The translations under genes and the position numbers were made by a program. This document shows, one piece after another, positions 12,707 through 25,677 of a DNA stretch of 64,000 nucleotides (position 1 is its first letter; every line of letters starts with the position of its first letter). The notes beneath the pieces were generated by a model. That model searched no databases and had not been told where the DNA came from. It was given only the letters and a program-made list of their open reading frames with translations. Source of the DNA: Malacoraja senta (taxonomy: Eukaryota); contig CM075989.1 in assembly GCA_038087875.1 (NCBI GenBank), forward strand, positions 7,380,001 through 7,444,000, written 5' to 3'.

Positions 12707-14453
12707 CAGTCAGGTAATTTAGTCAGATCAACAGGTAAGAACAAAGATTGAGAAGCACAAAATCAAAGCTAACCAGATAGCCATAGAAACAAAGTCACAC
12801 TGTGCTGTCCTGTCAGCTTCACTAGCAAGGTAAGATGATAGCATTCAAGACACAGGTAAACTCAAGAAACTCTTCAGGTCAGACAGCGTCTCTGGAGAAC
12901 ATGGATAGATAATGTTTTGGGTCAGGACTGTTCTTCAGACTGAGGAAGGTTCCGACCCACAACGTCATCTATCCATGTTCTCCAGACCTGGTGAGTTACT
13001 CCAGCAGGTTGTGTCTTAGTAACATTCAAGTTAGGTTGGTTTGGGATGGATTTGGTTGGACGGATGAATTAATTGAAATGATTTGGTGATGGCGAGAAAT
13101 TAGAAGTAAGTAATTAAGTAAATATCAGGCCAGATCATCCAACCAGCCATGGCGGCAGTGGTACCTGGCATCTGGTGGCAGTTTGCGTGGGTAAGTGTGT
13201 GGTTTGCAGGACTTGCATGCCCATTATCATACCATTAATCTCACAATACTGCTTCCTCACAGCGATGCAGGGTTCCAGTGGAGTGTAGACTCTTCACCGT
13301 TTCATACCAAATAGCCCTTGTGCCCAGTGATGAAGGCAGGGCAACCAGAATTAGCTGATTTACTGGAAGTCACTAGCCCAGTGAGAACTCAAGGAAGAAC
13401 CAGTGCTCCAGTCCGAATTAGGACTTCTGTGCATCAGTCGGAATGGGGAGTGTAGAATCTTCCATTGGCCTTTAACATAGAACATATAACTTGTATGGCA
13501 CAGGAACAGGCCCTTCACCCCTCAATGTCCATGCCGAACAAGACACCAAGATAAACTAATCTCATCTGCTTGCACCTGATTCATATCCCTCCATTCCCTC
13601 CATATCCATCTAAATGCCTATCTAAATGCCTCTTAAGCATCTATCTTCCTTCACCGCCAGCCCTGGTAGTGTGTTCCAGGCACCCACCACCTTCTATGTA
13701 CATTTATTTTTAAACTTGCTCCACACATCTCCTTTAAATGTTGCCCCTCTACACAACATTGGCTATTCTCCAGCACCTCCAGGACCTGACCTGTGGCTGG
13801 AGAAGTTGCAAAGATCTTCCACAAGCTTCTGTAATCTCTTCTTCCCTCTCGTGATAACCTGGGAGAGATCCCATCAGGCCCTTGGGATTTACCCACCTTG
13901 ATGTCTTTCAAGTGTGCCGACACTATGACGACCGTGATCTCAAACTGCTCTTGTATAAGAGCATTCTCCATACATATCACTGTCCGCCGTGTCCTTCCTC
14001 CATTCTGATTACAGGTGCACGTTATTTATTCAGTACCTTGCCTATATCCCCAACTTTCAAGGAAATGTTGTTTTCATGAAACCGCTGAACATGAAAACAC
14101 CTGGAAGTTTGCCCCTCACCTGTCTCCATACAGTGTGAGCCATGACTCCATTGCTATCCGTCCCTCAGCGCAGTGGACGTAATGTTTTTGAGTTTCGATG
14201 TGTGAGCCTCTGTACATTTTGTGCAACATTAACTTCAAATCTCTTGATAATTCTCCCTCAGCATTTTGAATACAACGTAATCTACCAAGCCCTTCAAAGT
14301 GTTTCCCCGCATATCTCTGTGTACATCAACCCCAACCCCCATGATGTATCTCGTTCTCTGCATGCAACAACACCTGAAGCCAGTTTAACCCCAGAAATGA
14401 ATCTGACTTTTCATTAGTGGGTTAACAGTCATAAAGAGCTGACTGTTGAATCC

Positions 14454-14488
14454 GTCTGAAGAAGGGTATCGAACCCGAAACGTCACCC
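14454..14488 (+). ncRNA. Minimal hammerhead ribozyme motif, core intact
   Basis: gt-CTGAAGA-A-GGGT(ATCGA)ACCC-GAAAC-GTC-ac, with palindromic ACGT at stem III. Confidence 0.62.
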
Positions 14489-14719
14489 ATTCCTTCTCTC
14501 CAGAGAAGCTGCCTGTCCCGCTGAGTTACTCCCGCATTTTGTGTCTATCTTCGGTTTAAACCAGCATCTGCAGTTCCTTCATACACAGTTGAATCCTGTA
14601 GTCAGCATTTGTTGCCAATAATGTATCCTCCTGACCTATTCGACACTTAAAGCAAAGTTTTCTGTAAGTTCACTTTGTACTATAAACATTTGTACTACAA
14701 ACTATAGATTTTAAACTTT

Positions 14720-15007
14720 AATTTAGACTTTAGCGATACAACATAGAAACAGGCCCACCGAGACCATGCTAACCAGCGATCATCCGTAAACTAGCATGAT
14801 CCGACATACGAGGGACAATTTACAGAAGAGAATTGACCTACCAACCTGTACATCTTTGGCGTGTGGGAGGAAACCGGAGCACCCGGAGAAAATCCACGCG
14901 GTCACAGGGAGGGCGTACAAACTCTGTACAGAGAACACCCATAGTCAGACTTGAACACGGGTCTCTGGTGCTGTAAGGCAGCAACTCTACCGCTACGCCA
15001 CTATGTT
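14720..15007 (-). mobile_element. HE1-like V-SINE
   Basis: Full head, V-domain and tail. Confidence 0.83.
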
Positions 15008-16283
15008 GCTCTTTGTATTGCTCACCCATGAGCCACTTTGTCTGATCTCTGAATATAATGTAATGAATATAAAGACTCCTCATTAGCTCCCCTTCCCCCT
15101 CCCTACACCAATTGAACCTAACTTCCCCGAGACCCCCAAAAGAGCCTTCACCAGTGCAATGAATAAACCTTCAGTGAGGGAGAGAAGCCTTTATGTACAA
15201 TTATAATATTTCTACTTTGTACGCCAGCATTCTTGTAGTTTCAGAGTAAGGCCGGATAATTATAGTCAGTTTCCCAACGTAAACCTTTCCTGATGGTAGC
15301 TTAACCTCGGTTCATTAAAAAGGAAACCTTTATCCTTACAAGAAGTCATGGGCTTAATCCCATTAGAAGTATTTATAGACCAGGGATGGATGAACAGTAC
15401 TGATTCATTATGTTACTCGGTTCTTATTCAGGACACTCCCTGTATGACTGATGCTGGGGGTTACTCCCTGATGTGTCATTGAAACGGCTGCCAGGCCTCC
15501 AGTGGATTAGGAAGAATACGAGATGTATAGGAGTGTCACTGACATGCTCACAATGGCCACTAAATTCTCAGCACCACTAATTAACAATGACAATTTAATA
15601 ATGATCAAGATGATTATCCAGGAGACTTCCTGCGTGGACACTTCGGTCGCTTTGGGTTCACTGTCCTCCTGCCGCTACGGTGGCTCTGGTTATCATTAAG
15701 TAGTTTGAGTGGATCGCCTCTGCCAAGTCCACAGATTTACGGTTATTGCAAATGCGCATAGACACCATCTGTAGTAAATCAGCAAAAAAATAAATATGCT
15801 TCACATGACGTTGCACATTAAGTGGAGCAATCTTCGACAGCTTGGACCAGAGGCAGTGTGTGAATGTGTTAATATTAAAGCTAGCCTACACCCCCCCCCC
15901 CCAGCAGAGGTATAGCGACCTGGATGTGAATATTTGCAGACTGTGTGTTTCTGAACCAGGCTTCCTCTGAACAAGGGTGGAGGACCTATTTAAAGACACA
16001 CTCCCCCATTAAGCAACAATTAATTTCCAGATGATTTTGATCTCTAGGTTGGGCAATCCCAATCTAATGTTTTATATTAGTTTATGGACCCGTTTCAAGA
16101 ATTGGCTGATTGTTATTAAGGAAACGTTTAATGATGACATAAGGACAATGGAGTTTGCCAGCCAGTTGTAAAGCAAGAAGAGAGCGATCAGGGTGCAGTG
16201 CAGCATGATAATGTTGGTGTCTTTCATGGTACTTTATCGTGGTACAGAGCAAGTACCTGAGAGATTATAGACATGCATTCAAA

Positions 16284-16562
16284 TGGGCACAGCAGTAGAG
16301 TTACTGCCTTACAGCATCAGAGACCCAGGTTTAATCCTGACTATGGGTGCTGTCCATACGGAGTTTGTACGTTCTCCCTGTTCTCCATGGGTTTTATCCG
16401 GGTGCTCCGGTTTGCTCCCACACTCCAAAGACGTGCAAGTTTGTAGGTTAATTGGCTTTGGTCAATTGTAAAGTTGTCCCAAGTATGTGGGATAGTGCTA
16501 GTATACAGGGTGATCGCTGGTCGGCGAAGGGCCTGCTACCTCGCTGTATCTCTAAAGTCTAA
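16284..16562 (+). mobile_element. HE1-like V-SINE
   Basis: Full head, V-domain and tail. Confidence 0.83.
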
Positions 16563-17269
16563 CATTGTGAGGTTGAAACTTACCACATCGACTGAGCATT
16601 ACAAAGTACCCTACGTTAATTGAATTTGTCGTAAAGTCGCACGTCAATTTCCGTCAACATTCGCTCAAATAATTGTGCAAAATCACAAGGTGAGGAGCAA
16701 TGAATCTGTGTGCAGGAAGGAACTGCAGATGCTGGTTTAATCCAAAGAAAGACACAAAAAGCTAGAGTAACTCAGCAGGTCAGGCAACATCTCTGGGGAA
16801 AAGGAAAGGTGACATTTCAGATCAAGACCCGTCTTCAGAGGGAGAAGTGGTGACCAGAACAATTCATTATCATAGACTTCTGAGCACCCACTCAATATTA
16901 TCAGCCATAGATCAATTTCTCCCCATTGTTGGTCCAGGTTCAATGATAAAGGACTGTATTTGTTTATTCATTATTGGATTTGGGGGTCTTTGACAAAATA
17001 ATTACTCATTGTCCATCCTCAGCACCTGGTGAAAAACCAAAGTGAGTTTGCTTCCTTGAAAATGCCATTGTGTGTTTGGCTCAGTAGCACGTTGTCTAGA
17101 GGCCTACAAAGATTCAATTTGTTGCCTGTGGTTCTTCACCCAGAAGCAGTCTGATGTCCAACTTTGAGAGATGTATAATCTTATTTCTTTACCACCAGTT
17201 GGCAAGCCATTGATATTTGGCACATTGGCCTTCATCAGTTTTTGGTGCCTTGGCCATCTTCAGACAAAG

Positions 17270-17858
17270 CATTAAGTATAGGTCATGTTGCAGTTGTACA
17301 ATACATTGGTGAGGCTGCATTTAGAGTATTGTGTTCAGTTTTGGGTGCCGTTTTATAGGAAAGATCTTATCAAGCTGGAAAATGTGCGATGAAGATTTAA
17401 GCAGATGATGCCAGGGCTCGAGGGCCATGAGCTACAGGGAGAGGTTGAGCAGGTTAGGGCTCTATTCCTTGGAATGCAGGAGGATGAGGGGTGATCTGAA
17501 AGAGGTGTACAAAATCATGAGAGGACCATATTGGGCAGACTCACAGAGTCTCTTGCCCAGAGTAAGGGAATCAAGAACCAGAGGACATGGGTTTGTGAGG
17601 GGGGGGGAAAGATTTTATTGGAACCTGAGGGGTAACTTTTTCATAACAATGGTGATGGGTGTATGGAACAAGCTGCCTGAGGCAGGTACAATCACAACAT
17701 TTAAGAAACATTTAGACAGGTGCATTTATAGGACAGGTTTACTGGGATATGGGCCAAATGCAGCAGGTGGGAGTAGTGCAGATGGGACATGTTGGCCAGT
17801 GTGGGCAAGTCGGGCTAAAGGGCCTGTTTCTACTCTGTATCACTCTATGATTCTATGA
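17270..17858 (+). mobile_element. CR1 LINE 3' fragment
   Basis: SYRERLSRLGLYSLECRRMRGDL...SRTRGH...VWNKLPE. Confidence 0.85.
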
Positions 17859-18292
17859 AGGTAGCGTTGGCAAATCAGAATGTTAGGAAGGGACCAGCAC
17901 ATCTGGGTGAATAATCCTTTCAAGCTGTATGGTAGAGTTGTGCATGTGTTTTAAAACTTATTTTGCACTTTTCCCCTTTCCCTTGATGCCACGTGCCAAT
18001 TCAACTTGAATGGAGCGTGTGACCCCTGGGGAGATGTGCAGGTAATAATTCACCATGAACGTTCCCGTCACATCCCGACTCCAGCGGAAGCGGCAGGTGC
18101 TTGCGAGGCACCTCCCCGCAGATGTGTGGTGGGTGAAAACAGCTGCTCTCCGCAGCGGGCTTCCAGTTGCCGATCTCTCGCCCTCACCGCTGCCTTGAGA
18201 TGATGCGCCGGGCTCCAGCGAGTCGCTTCCACTGTGCCAACGTGGACAAAGCGCTTCGACATGTTTAACTGCTGCTGCTCCTTCTGTTTCAG

Positions 18293-18485
18293 ACAAAAGC
18301 CGGCCGCGGCGTTGCAGGAGGATGTAACGCCGATTGTATCCTCCGAAGAATGCTCTGTGCGCTTTCAGCAGCATCTGAATGTTTACATGTACACCATCAA
18401 TAACCCCCAGGGAGCAGAGCTCAACAGCATGGAGCACAACATCAGCGAACTGCAGAGATACATGCACTCTCACAGGCACGAAATG
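18293..18485 (+). CDS. AKAP13: Internal coding exon B (193 nt, phase 2 to 0) of the same gene
   Basis: Acceptor cttctgtttcAG, donor ATG/gtaaga; phase matches exon A. Peptide ...EECSVRFQQHLNVYMYT...ISELQRY resembles AKAP13 DCSVRHHRELDIYTL. Confidence 0.8.
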
Positions 18486-18790
18486 GTAAGAAGTCAATTT
18501 TCTTCTCAACGCCTTCACGGCATTTGTCTTGGCAAGTTTAAGGATAATAACTTTCTCTACAGAGGTTGTATGTAAAATATTGTACTAAATATACTCCATT
18601 TACACAATATTGCAAATTGTCTGTTGGGAATGTACAGCGATGAAGCATAAAATATCTCCATGAGTAGGAAGGAACTGCAGATGCTGGTTTACACCGAAGA
18701 TAGACATAAAATGCTGGAGTAATCAGCGGGTCAGGCAGCATCTCTGGAGAGAAGGAATAGGTGGCGTTTTGGGTCGAGACCCTTCTTCAG

Positions 18791-19395
18791 GATTTGAGTA
18801 CAGGAGCAAGGAGCTTCCGACTGCAATTGTACACGGCCCTGGTGAGACCGCACCTGGAGTATTGTGTGCAGTTTTGGTCTCCTAATTTGAGGAAGGACAT
18901 TCTTGCTATTGAGGGAGTGCAGCGTAGGTTCACCAGGTTAATTCCCGGGATGGCGGGACTGACATATGATGAAAGAATGGAGCGACTGGGCTTGTATTCA
19001 CTGGAATTTTGAAGGATGTGAGGGGATCTTACAGAAACATATATAATTCTGAAGGCTTTTAGACAGGCTCGATGCAGGAAAAATGTTCCCTATTTTAGGG
19101 GGAGTCCAGAACCAGAGGTCACTGTTTAAGAAGAAGGGGTAGGCCAGTTAGGACTGAGATGAGGAAAGCTTTTTCACCAGAGTTGTGAATCTGTCACAGA
19201 AGGCAGTGGAGGCCAATTCACTGGATGTTTTCAAGAGAGAGTTACATATAGCTCTTAGGGCTAACGGAATCAAGGGATATGGGGAGAAAGCAGGAACGGT
19301 GTACTGATTTGGGATGATCAGCCATGATCATATTGAATGGCGATGCTGGTTCGAGAGGCCGAATGGCCTACACCTGCACCTATTTTCTATGTTTC
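18791..19395 (+). mobile_element. CR1 LINE 3' fragment between the arms of a palindromic element
   Basis: LYTALVRPHLEYCVQFWSPNLRKDILAIEGVQRRFTRLIPG; tail ggccgaatggcctacacctgcacctattttctatg. Confidence 0.85.
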
Positions 19396-19467
19396 AGAGA
19401 GAGAGAGCGACTCTCAGTCTAAAGAAGGGTCTCGACCCGAAGCTTCGTCTATTCCTTTTCTCCTTCT

Positions 19468-19886
19468 ATTGACTTCACTTACACCTCACGCTACCTCGGC
19501 AAGGCCAGCAGCATAATCAAGGACGAGCCGCACCCTGGCCACTCCCTCTTCTCCCCTCTCCCATCAGGCAAAAGGTATAGAAGTGTGAAAACGCACACCT
19601 ACAGATTCAGAGACAGTTTCTTCCCAGCTGTTATCAGGCAACTGAATCATCCTACCACAACCAGAGAGCAGTCCTGAACTACTATCCACCTCTTTGTTGA
19701 CCCTCGGACTATCCTTGATCGGACTTTGCTGGCTTTACTTTGCACTAAATGTTATTTTGTGTATCTGTACACTGTAAACGGATCAATCGTAATTACGTAT
19801 TGTCTTTCTGCTGACGGGTTAGCACGCAACAAAAAGCTTTCCACTGTACCTCGGTACACGTGACAATAAACTAAACTGAACTGAAC
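19468..19886 (+). mobile_element. Rex1/Babar LINE 3' fragment, nested in a palindromic PLE-derived element
   Basis: Same family as 6912-7437; ends ctgtacctcggtacacgtgacaataaactaaactgaactgaac. Confidence 0.8.
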
Positions 19887-20603
19887 CAGAGGTGCTGTCT
19901 GACCCGCTGAGTTACTCCAGCATTTTGTGTCTAAATATCTCCATGATGTAGGCTATGTTTCAAATCTACTTCAAACGCAATAGAGATAATCCAGGGGGAT
20001 TGGAGATATTGGCTGAAGTTGTAATTGAGTCCATCAATTTCAGCTTCTATCACCTTTCCAGTACCATTAAAGAAGAATAGAAGGGGCTTTGCCTAATTAT
20101 AACAGCCAATATGCCACACATCAGATAGCATTCCTGAATTACTTTTGGCTTCAATTTAATTTGCAATGTGCTATTAGTATCAATTATTTACTTTGCAATT
20201 ATTAACCATGCAATGATTATGAATAATTAAATGTATGAATATTTGTGCCTCATTTGCATTTATGATTATTCCAAATAGCCTACTATTTTGTAACGAGAAA
20301 TTTTTAAATGCTATTTGTGCTTCCAGTATAAGATTAGTTGGTTGTTTCAAAGATTTGATACATAACGGGTAAAAACATAGTTTCTTCTGTTTACTGGGGA
20401 ATACTTTGCGGTTGAACTTCTGTCATCAGATCTGTCGGTTTTTTCATCCCACTTTCTTTTGTCTCTCTAAAATGCTGAGGATTATCTTTGGGTGCAGGTT
20501 ACTGGATGCCCTCGTGGCCCGTTTGTGAACCTGGACTAAGAGTACCAATTTTATTCATGCCAAAGGCGGCAAATCAATTATCACTTAGAGTATCAGACCA
20601 ATA

Positions 20604-20865
20604 GGGCAGGGTGGCGCAGCGGTAGAGTTGCTGCCTTCCAGTGCCAGAGACCCTGATTACGTTCGTTCCTGACTACGGGTGCTGTCTGTACAGAGGTTGT
20701 ACGTTCTCCCCTTGACCTGCACGGGTTTTCTCCGGGATCTCCGGTTTCCTACCACACTCCACAGACGTACAGGCTTTGGTATATTTGTAAGTTGTCTCTC
20801 GTGTGTGTAGGACAGTGGGCCGAAGGGCCTGTTTTGGCGCTGTATCTATAAGGTAAACTAAAGTA
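20604..20865 (+). mobile_element. HE1-like V-SINE
   Basis: Head ggtggcgcagcggtagagttgctgcc plus V-domain. Confidence 0.82.
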
Positions 20866-22087
20866 AGCACACAACAACTGTCCTGCAAGGCTTCTGCACC
20901 CCATGTATACCCTCTTCTGTCACTAAGTGTGAAAGCAGATTGCAGTAGTCTTACTTTTCGCATGCTTGCATGGAGCTGAGTAGTCCAGTAACCAAATCCA
21001 GACCCTTTGTTTGTGCAGATCTCTACTTTTATGACCTTTCTATTTTTAGTTTTCATTGAACCACTCAAGGATGAGAAATCACTTTTATTTCTGTGGTGAA
21101 TCTTTTATTGTGGTCGATTTATTTTATCATGAACCGTTGCTGTTTCTGCCAATGTCCTTGCTTTGGGCAGGTTGACATGTTGATTTGGTGCCATTACCAA
21201 GGGCTGTGATTTGTAGCCGCAACAAAGAGCAAAACAATGTAATATTTATGAGCTTTGGATTTTCAAGTATCATCTATCTTCTGACAACGGAGACGTGGAG
21301 ATGGTGATGCAACATGATTTATGATGTGGAGAATTATTTGGTGAAGTCAAATGTCTTTTTTAACCATGAACCACATCTGGTTAAATAGGTTTACCTGATA
21401 GTCTAATAATACATAAATATACTACTATTAATGAAATTCTTAATTGGAAGAGTGGGGAGAGATGATAAACCACAAAGAGAAGGCAGTTTGAAGAAGGGTC
21501 CTGACTTGAAACGTCACCTAACCATGTTCCCCAGAGATGCTGCCTTACCTGTTGAGCTATTCCAGCAATTTGTGTCATTTTCTGTAAAGCAGCATCTGCA
21601 GTTACTTGTCTTTTAATTTTGGATTGTACCGAGGAGAGACCTTCTTGAGTTGCAGATAGTCACTAGAAGCTGGAGTAACTCAACGGCCCAAGCAGCGAGA
21701 AGGAATGGGTGAGGTTTCGGATTGAGACCTTTCTTCAGGGTCTTCTTGAGATGCAGACCGCTGGTGAGGGTTGTTATCTGCAGAACGTGGGTCGTGGTGA
21801 GATGGGTTCAACTCAGGACATGCAAAAAAGCTGACCACTGATGGTGGGAGGGAAAATGCAGCAGTCGGCTAGGGCAGTACTCCACCAATCTTGGTGAGTA
21901 GTTAGATGAGTTTAGTCTATTATCATGTGCACCAGGGTGCAATGACATTCCTCTTGTGCATGAAGCTCAGAGTAAACTCTATGCATACAGTGATAATAAA
22001 TACAACAATGAGTGTAAAACATGCCAACGATGCAAAGATTGTAGTGCAAAATCTAAGTCGTTCAAAGGAACATTGACATCCAATTAT

Positions 22088-22340
22088 GGGCAGCATAGTG
22101 GCGCAGGACCCTGACTATGGGTGCTGTCTGTTCGGTGTTTGTTCGCTCTCCCTGTATCCACATGACATTTCTCTGGGTGCTCCCATGCTCCAAAGACATG
22201 CAGGATTGTGGGCTAATTGGCATCGGTAAACTTTGGAAAAATTGCCCCTAGTGTGTAGAACAGTGATTGTGAATGGGGGAGGGGGCGTGGTTGGCTTGGA
22301 GTCAGTGGGTGAAAGGCCTGTTTCTGTGCTGTCTCTCTAA
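22088..22340 (+). mobile_element. HE1-like V-SINE, degenerate
   Basis: Partially deleted head, V-domain and tail. Confidence 0.72.
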
Positions 22341-22599
22341 TGTCCAAATAACAGGACGACCAAATGAGGTAGAGTTAAGAGTAAGAATACATGGTAGCAT
22401 CTCCTAGAATGGAGTTGTGAAAGAGGTGATTGACTTAGAGGTCTGATTACAGTGCGGAAGAAGCTTGTTAGGTTTGGATCTATGAGCTTTCAGGTGTATC
22501 TTTCCCCCAGACGATAGAAGGGAGAAAAAGAAGCGACTAGGGTGGGAGCCATCCTTGACGATAATTTTAGCCTTCCTGTTGCAACATATGGTGAAGATT

Positions 22600-22818
22600 T
22601 TGTAGGAAGGAACTGCAGATGCTGTTTTAATCCGAAGATAGACACAAAAAGCTGGAGTAACTGCAGGACAGGCAGCATCTCTGGAAAGAAGGAACGGGCG
22701 ACGTTTTGGACCGAGACCCTTCCTCAGAATGAAGATGTGTCTCGGCTGGAAACGTCACCCATTCCTTCTCTCCAGAGATGCTGTCGGTCCCGCTGAGTTA
22801 CCCCAGGTTTTTGTGTCT
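22600..22818. mobile_element. Palindromic PLE-terminus element
   Basis: TSD atatggtgaagatt at 22586-22599 and 22819-22832; inverted arms. Confidence 0.82.
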
Positions 22819-23146
22819 ATATGGTGAAGATTGACTGGGTTGGAGGTAGTGTGATGGACTGGACCGTGTTCCCCGCTTTCTACAACTTCAGGGAGTCTAG
22901 AGCAGAGTAGTTGCCATATCAGGCTGAGATGCATCTGCAGAGGTTGGGAAGAATGCTTGTGGATATGAAGGAGAGGGGGCTGCAGCACTCTGTGTGTGGG
23001 ATCCATAGCTTTCAGGGGATGGTGGGAGATCTGCTCAGTTCATTCATTCATTCATCATCGTTGAAAACATTAGCGACAGAGTGGGGCTGGTTTCCGACGG
23101 GAACGGTGACGGAAGCACCACACATCTCTGTCCTCCAGTTCCTGCA

Positions 23147-23408
23147 GAAACAGGCCCTTCGGCCCACCGCGTTCGCGCTGACTAGCGATCCCCGCACACT
23201 AACACTATCCTACACACACTGTTTTATCAAGCCAATTAACCTACAAACCTGTACGTCTTTGGAGTATAGGAGGAAATCAGAGAAAACCCACACAGGTCAC
23301 GGGGGAGAACATACAAACTTCGCACAGACATCACCCATAGTCAGGATCGAACCCGGGTCTCTGGCGCTGTGAGGCAGCAACTCTATCGCTGCGCAACCGT
23401 GCTGCCCA
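23147..23408 (-). mobile_element. HE1-like V-SINE about 140 bp upstream of exon C
   Basis: Reverse complement of the consensus. Confidence 0.83.
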
Positions 23409-23549
23409 GGGTATTCTACAGGAAAATAATGTTATGTTTGTACTAGCTTGCTAAATAAGACGCTGCTGCTGGTGTATATACACAGTGCAACTCAACATAG
23501 CAATGTACCGATTTAATAAAACCATCTGTTTTTCCTTGTTTTGGAACAG

Positions 23550-25320
23550 GACGCACTTCCTATACCATCCCTCCACTCACAGCCAGGGACCTCAGTGCCT
23601 GTTGAATGCTTAAGATCTGAAGAGAACAAAGCGGATTGCAATTCCGAAGCCATCTGCCCGATTGCACAAAAGCTGTCGGAGATACCCATTAAACAATCAG
23701 TTGGTGTGTCACCAGAAGAAAGCACGCTAACTAATGCAGAGTTGGACACCATCCAGTGTCCGGAGTCAACACTGGCCAATGAACAAAAAAATATCACTGA
23801 AGTGAAAATGGAGGAAGACGCTGCATTCACTCTGCCAGAGGAAGGATCTAGTTATCCAGTGGATTCCGAGAAACCACTATGTAACCTTGTGAAGAACACA
23901 TCTGATAGCGAATGTGATCAGAGCAGTCCATCCTACGATGGAGAACATGAGGGAATTTTAGAGTCAATTGAGGAATTGCATCCCAGCCAAGAGTGTGCCC
24001 TCAAATGCGACCTTCCCGAAATGCTTCTGGACAGGATGGTGATTGAACATCCTGATGACGGAACGATAGACTCTGGGAAAACTCTCCTTCGCACAGAGAT
24101 GGAGACTGCTGCCTCTGAGGAAATGAAGTCGGAAGAAGCCGAAGAATGTGCTGTGTTGGCCGCCACTGAAAGTGTACCTTCTGATGGGCAAGTGGAGGGG
24201 GCGGATTTTCAAGGTGAACAACTGTACAATGAGAGCCATCCGTTCACTGAACTGCTGGAGGAAGCAACAGTGGGTTTGGAGTTGGAGGACAATCGTTCCC
24301 GTGCGGAGACTGAGGTTTCTCAAATGCACGCAGCAAATGAAGTGAATGTTGGAGCAGGCTCTGAGGTAAAGCCCGACGTTCTTGATGAGGTGTGTGCAGC
24401 TCGTGTGGACTCCATTTGTAATTTAGATGATGAGTGTGAAGGAGTACATCACCAAAGGACTGAGGGGGATGAGACGTCACCGAATTCAGAGCTGCCTCGT
24501 TCATTAAACACCGTTGAGTTTGAACAGAATGATACAACTTTCGACGTGCCACCATTAAATGAACAAAACGACGCGGCTTTGAAAGTGTTACCTTTCCACG
24601 AACAGTGTGATGTGATATCAGAAGTGCAATCTTTACAAGAAGAAAATAATAACATGTCAGAACCGTTACCTCTAAGTAATCTAGAAAGTGAACCAGAACA
24701 ACACGATGACCAGTTGGAAGTGGAATGCCCTTGTGATGACGAGTGGTCTAAGCAGGTCGATGCTTTGTTGGAAACGGCTTCTGATTTCAGTTTGGGGGAG
24801 GACCAAGCACTGCCGAAGGAAGTCCAAGCCATGGAGGATTTAAAGGAAGAAGTTTCTTCAGATGAGGGCGCAGAAGAGGTGTTGCCCATGAGCACCGCAG
24901 AAACGCTGTCTACCTTGCGAGCATCTTTGGAAAACCCACTTAACGAAGATCATAGTCCCGACGGAGTTAAAAGGGCACCAGAGTTTCTCCGCAAATCCAG
25001 CGATGCAGTGCTGTATTCCCCGAGTCAAGAAGTACTGCTCAGTATAGTAGAGGAGCCCGCGGATTATATGATAAACAGTTCCTCGGATTCTGAGGATCAC
25101 TTTGAAGAATGCGGGAAGCCTTCACCAGAGGAGGAACTAAAAGAAGAAGCGTGGGTGATGGAAGAAACCAGATCAAATGTCAAACAGGAAGATATGTCCC
25201 CGACGGATGAGAAGTCTGACACAATTTCTTTGGATACAAAAGTTTCACATGATTCCACTGACTGGGCATTTAATACTGTGCTGGATGCAAATGGAAACTT
25301 GGAGCCTGTTGACTTGAAAG
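23550..25320 (+). CDS. AKAP13: Large acidic, probably disordered coding exon C (1771 nt, phase 0 to 1)
   Basis: Lies in the 637-codon ORF, the only long non-repeat ORF. Acceptor tttttccttgttttggaacAG, donor AAG/gtaagc. Phase matches exon B. E/D/S-rich like the giant AKAP13 exon. Confidence 0.85.
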
Positions 25321-25677
25321 GTAAGCACTCTCCTGACAGGGTGGGATCTCACCAGCTGACCAGTTGTGCTGCAGGTTTTTATCGCGTTTATTTTAGCGGC
25401 ACAGGTTCAGCCCATTTGACGACTGCCGCCATTCTTCAGAAGAATGTGAATTAAAATGCACTTGGGGAGTGTGAATCAAGAATCCTTGATTCTAGAGCGC
25501 TGACTATCTACATATAACTGCAAATGCTTGAATCTTTCCTTTTGCGGAGGAAGACCGTTTCTGGGAATATTCCAGGATTTGGCATCATTTGCGGTTAATG
25601 GGGAGCAAAGCTTTTGGGAATCACGGTTAAGGCCATGTGTGCACAGCAAATTAGGGCTTCAATTAGTGTATTGCAAG

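Larger units (their letters stand above)
18664..19932. mobile_element. Palindromic PLE-terminus element with nested CR1 and Rex fragments
   Basis: TSD aaatatctccatga at 18650-18663 and 19933-19946; inverted arms at both ends. Confidence 0.8.

Noticed and set aside
17958..18518. 186-aa minus-strand ORF
   Set aside because: Antisense shadow of exon B plus GC-rich flank; no recognisable domain.
23513..25100. Minus-strand and alternative-frame ORFs over exon C
   Set aside because: Shadows of the real coding exon.
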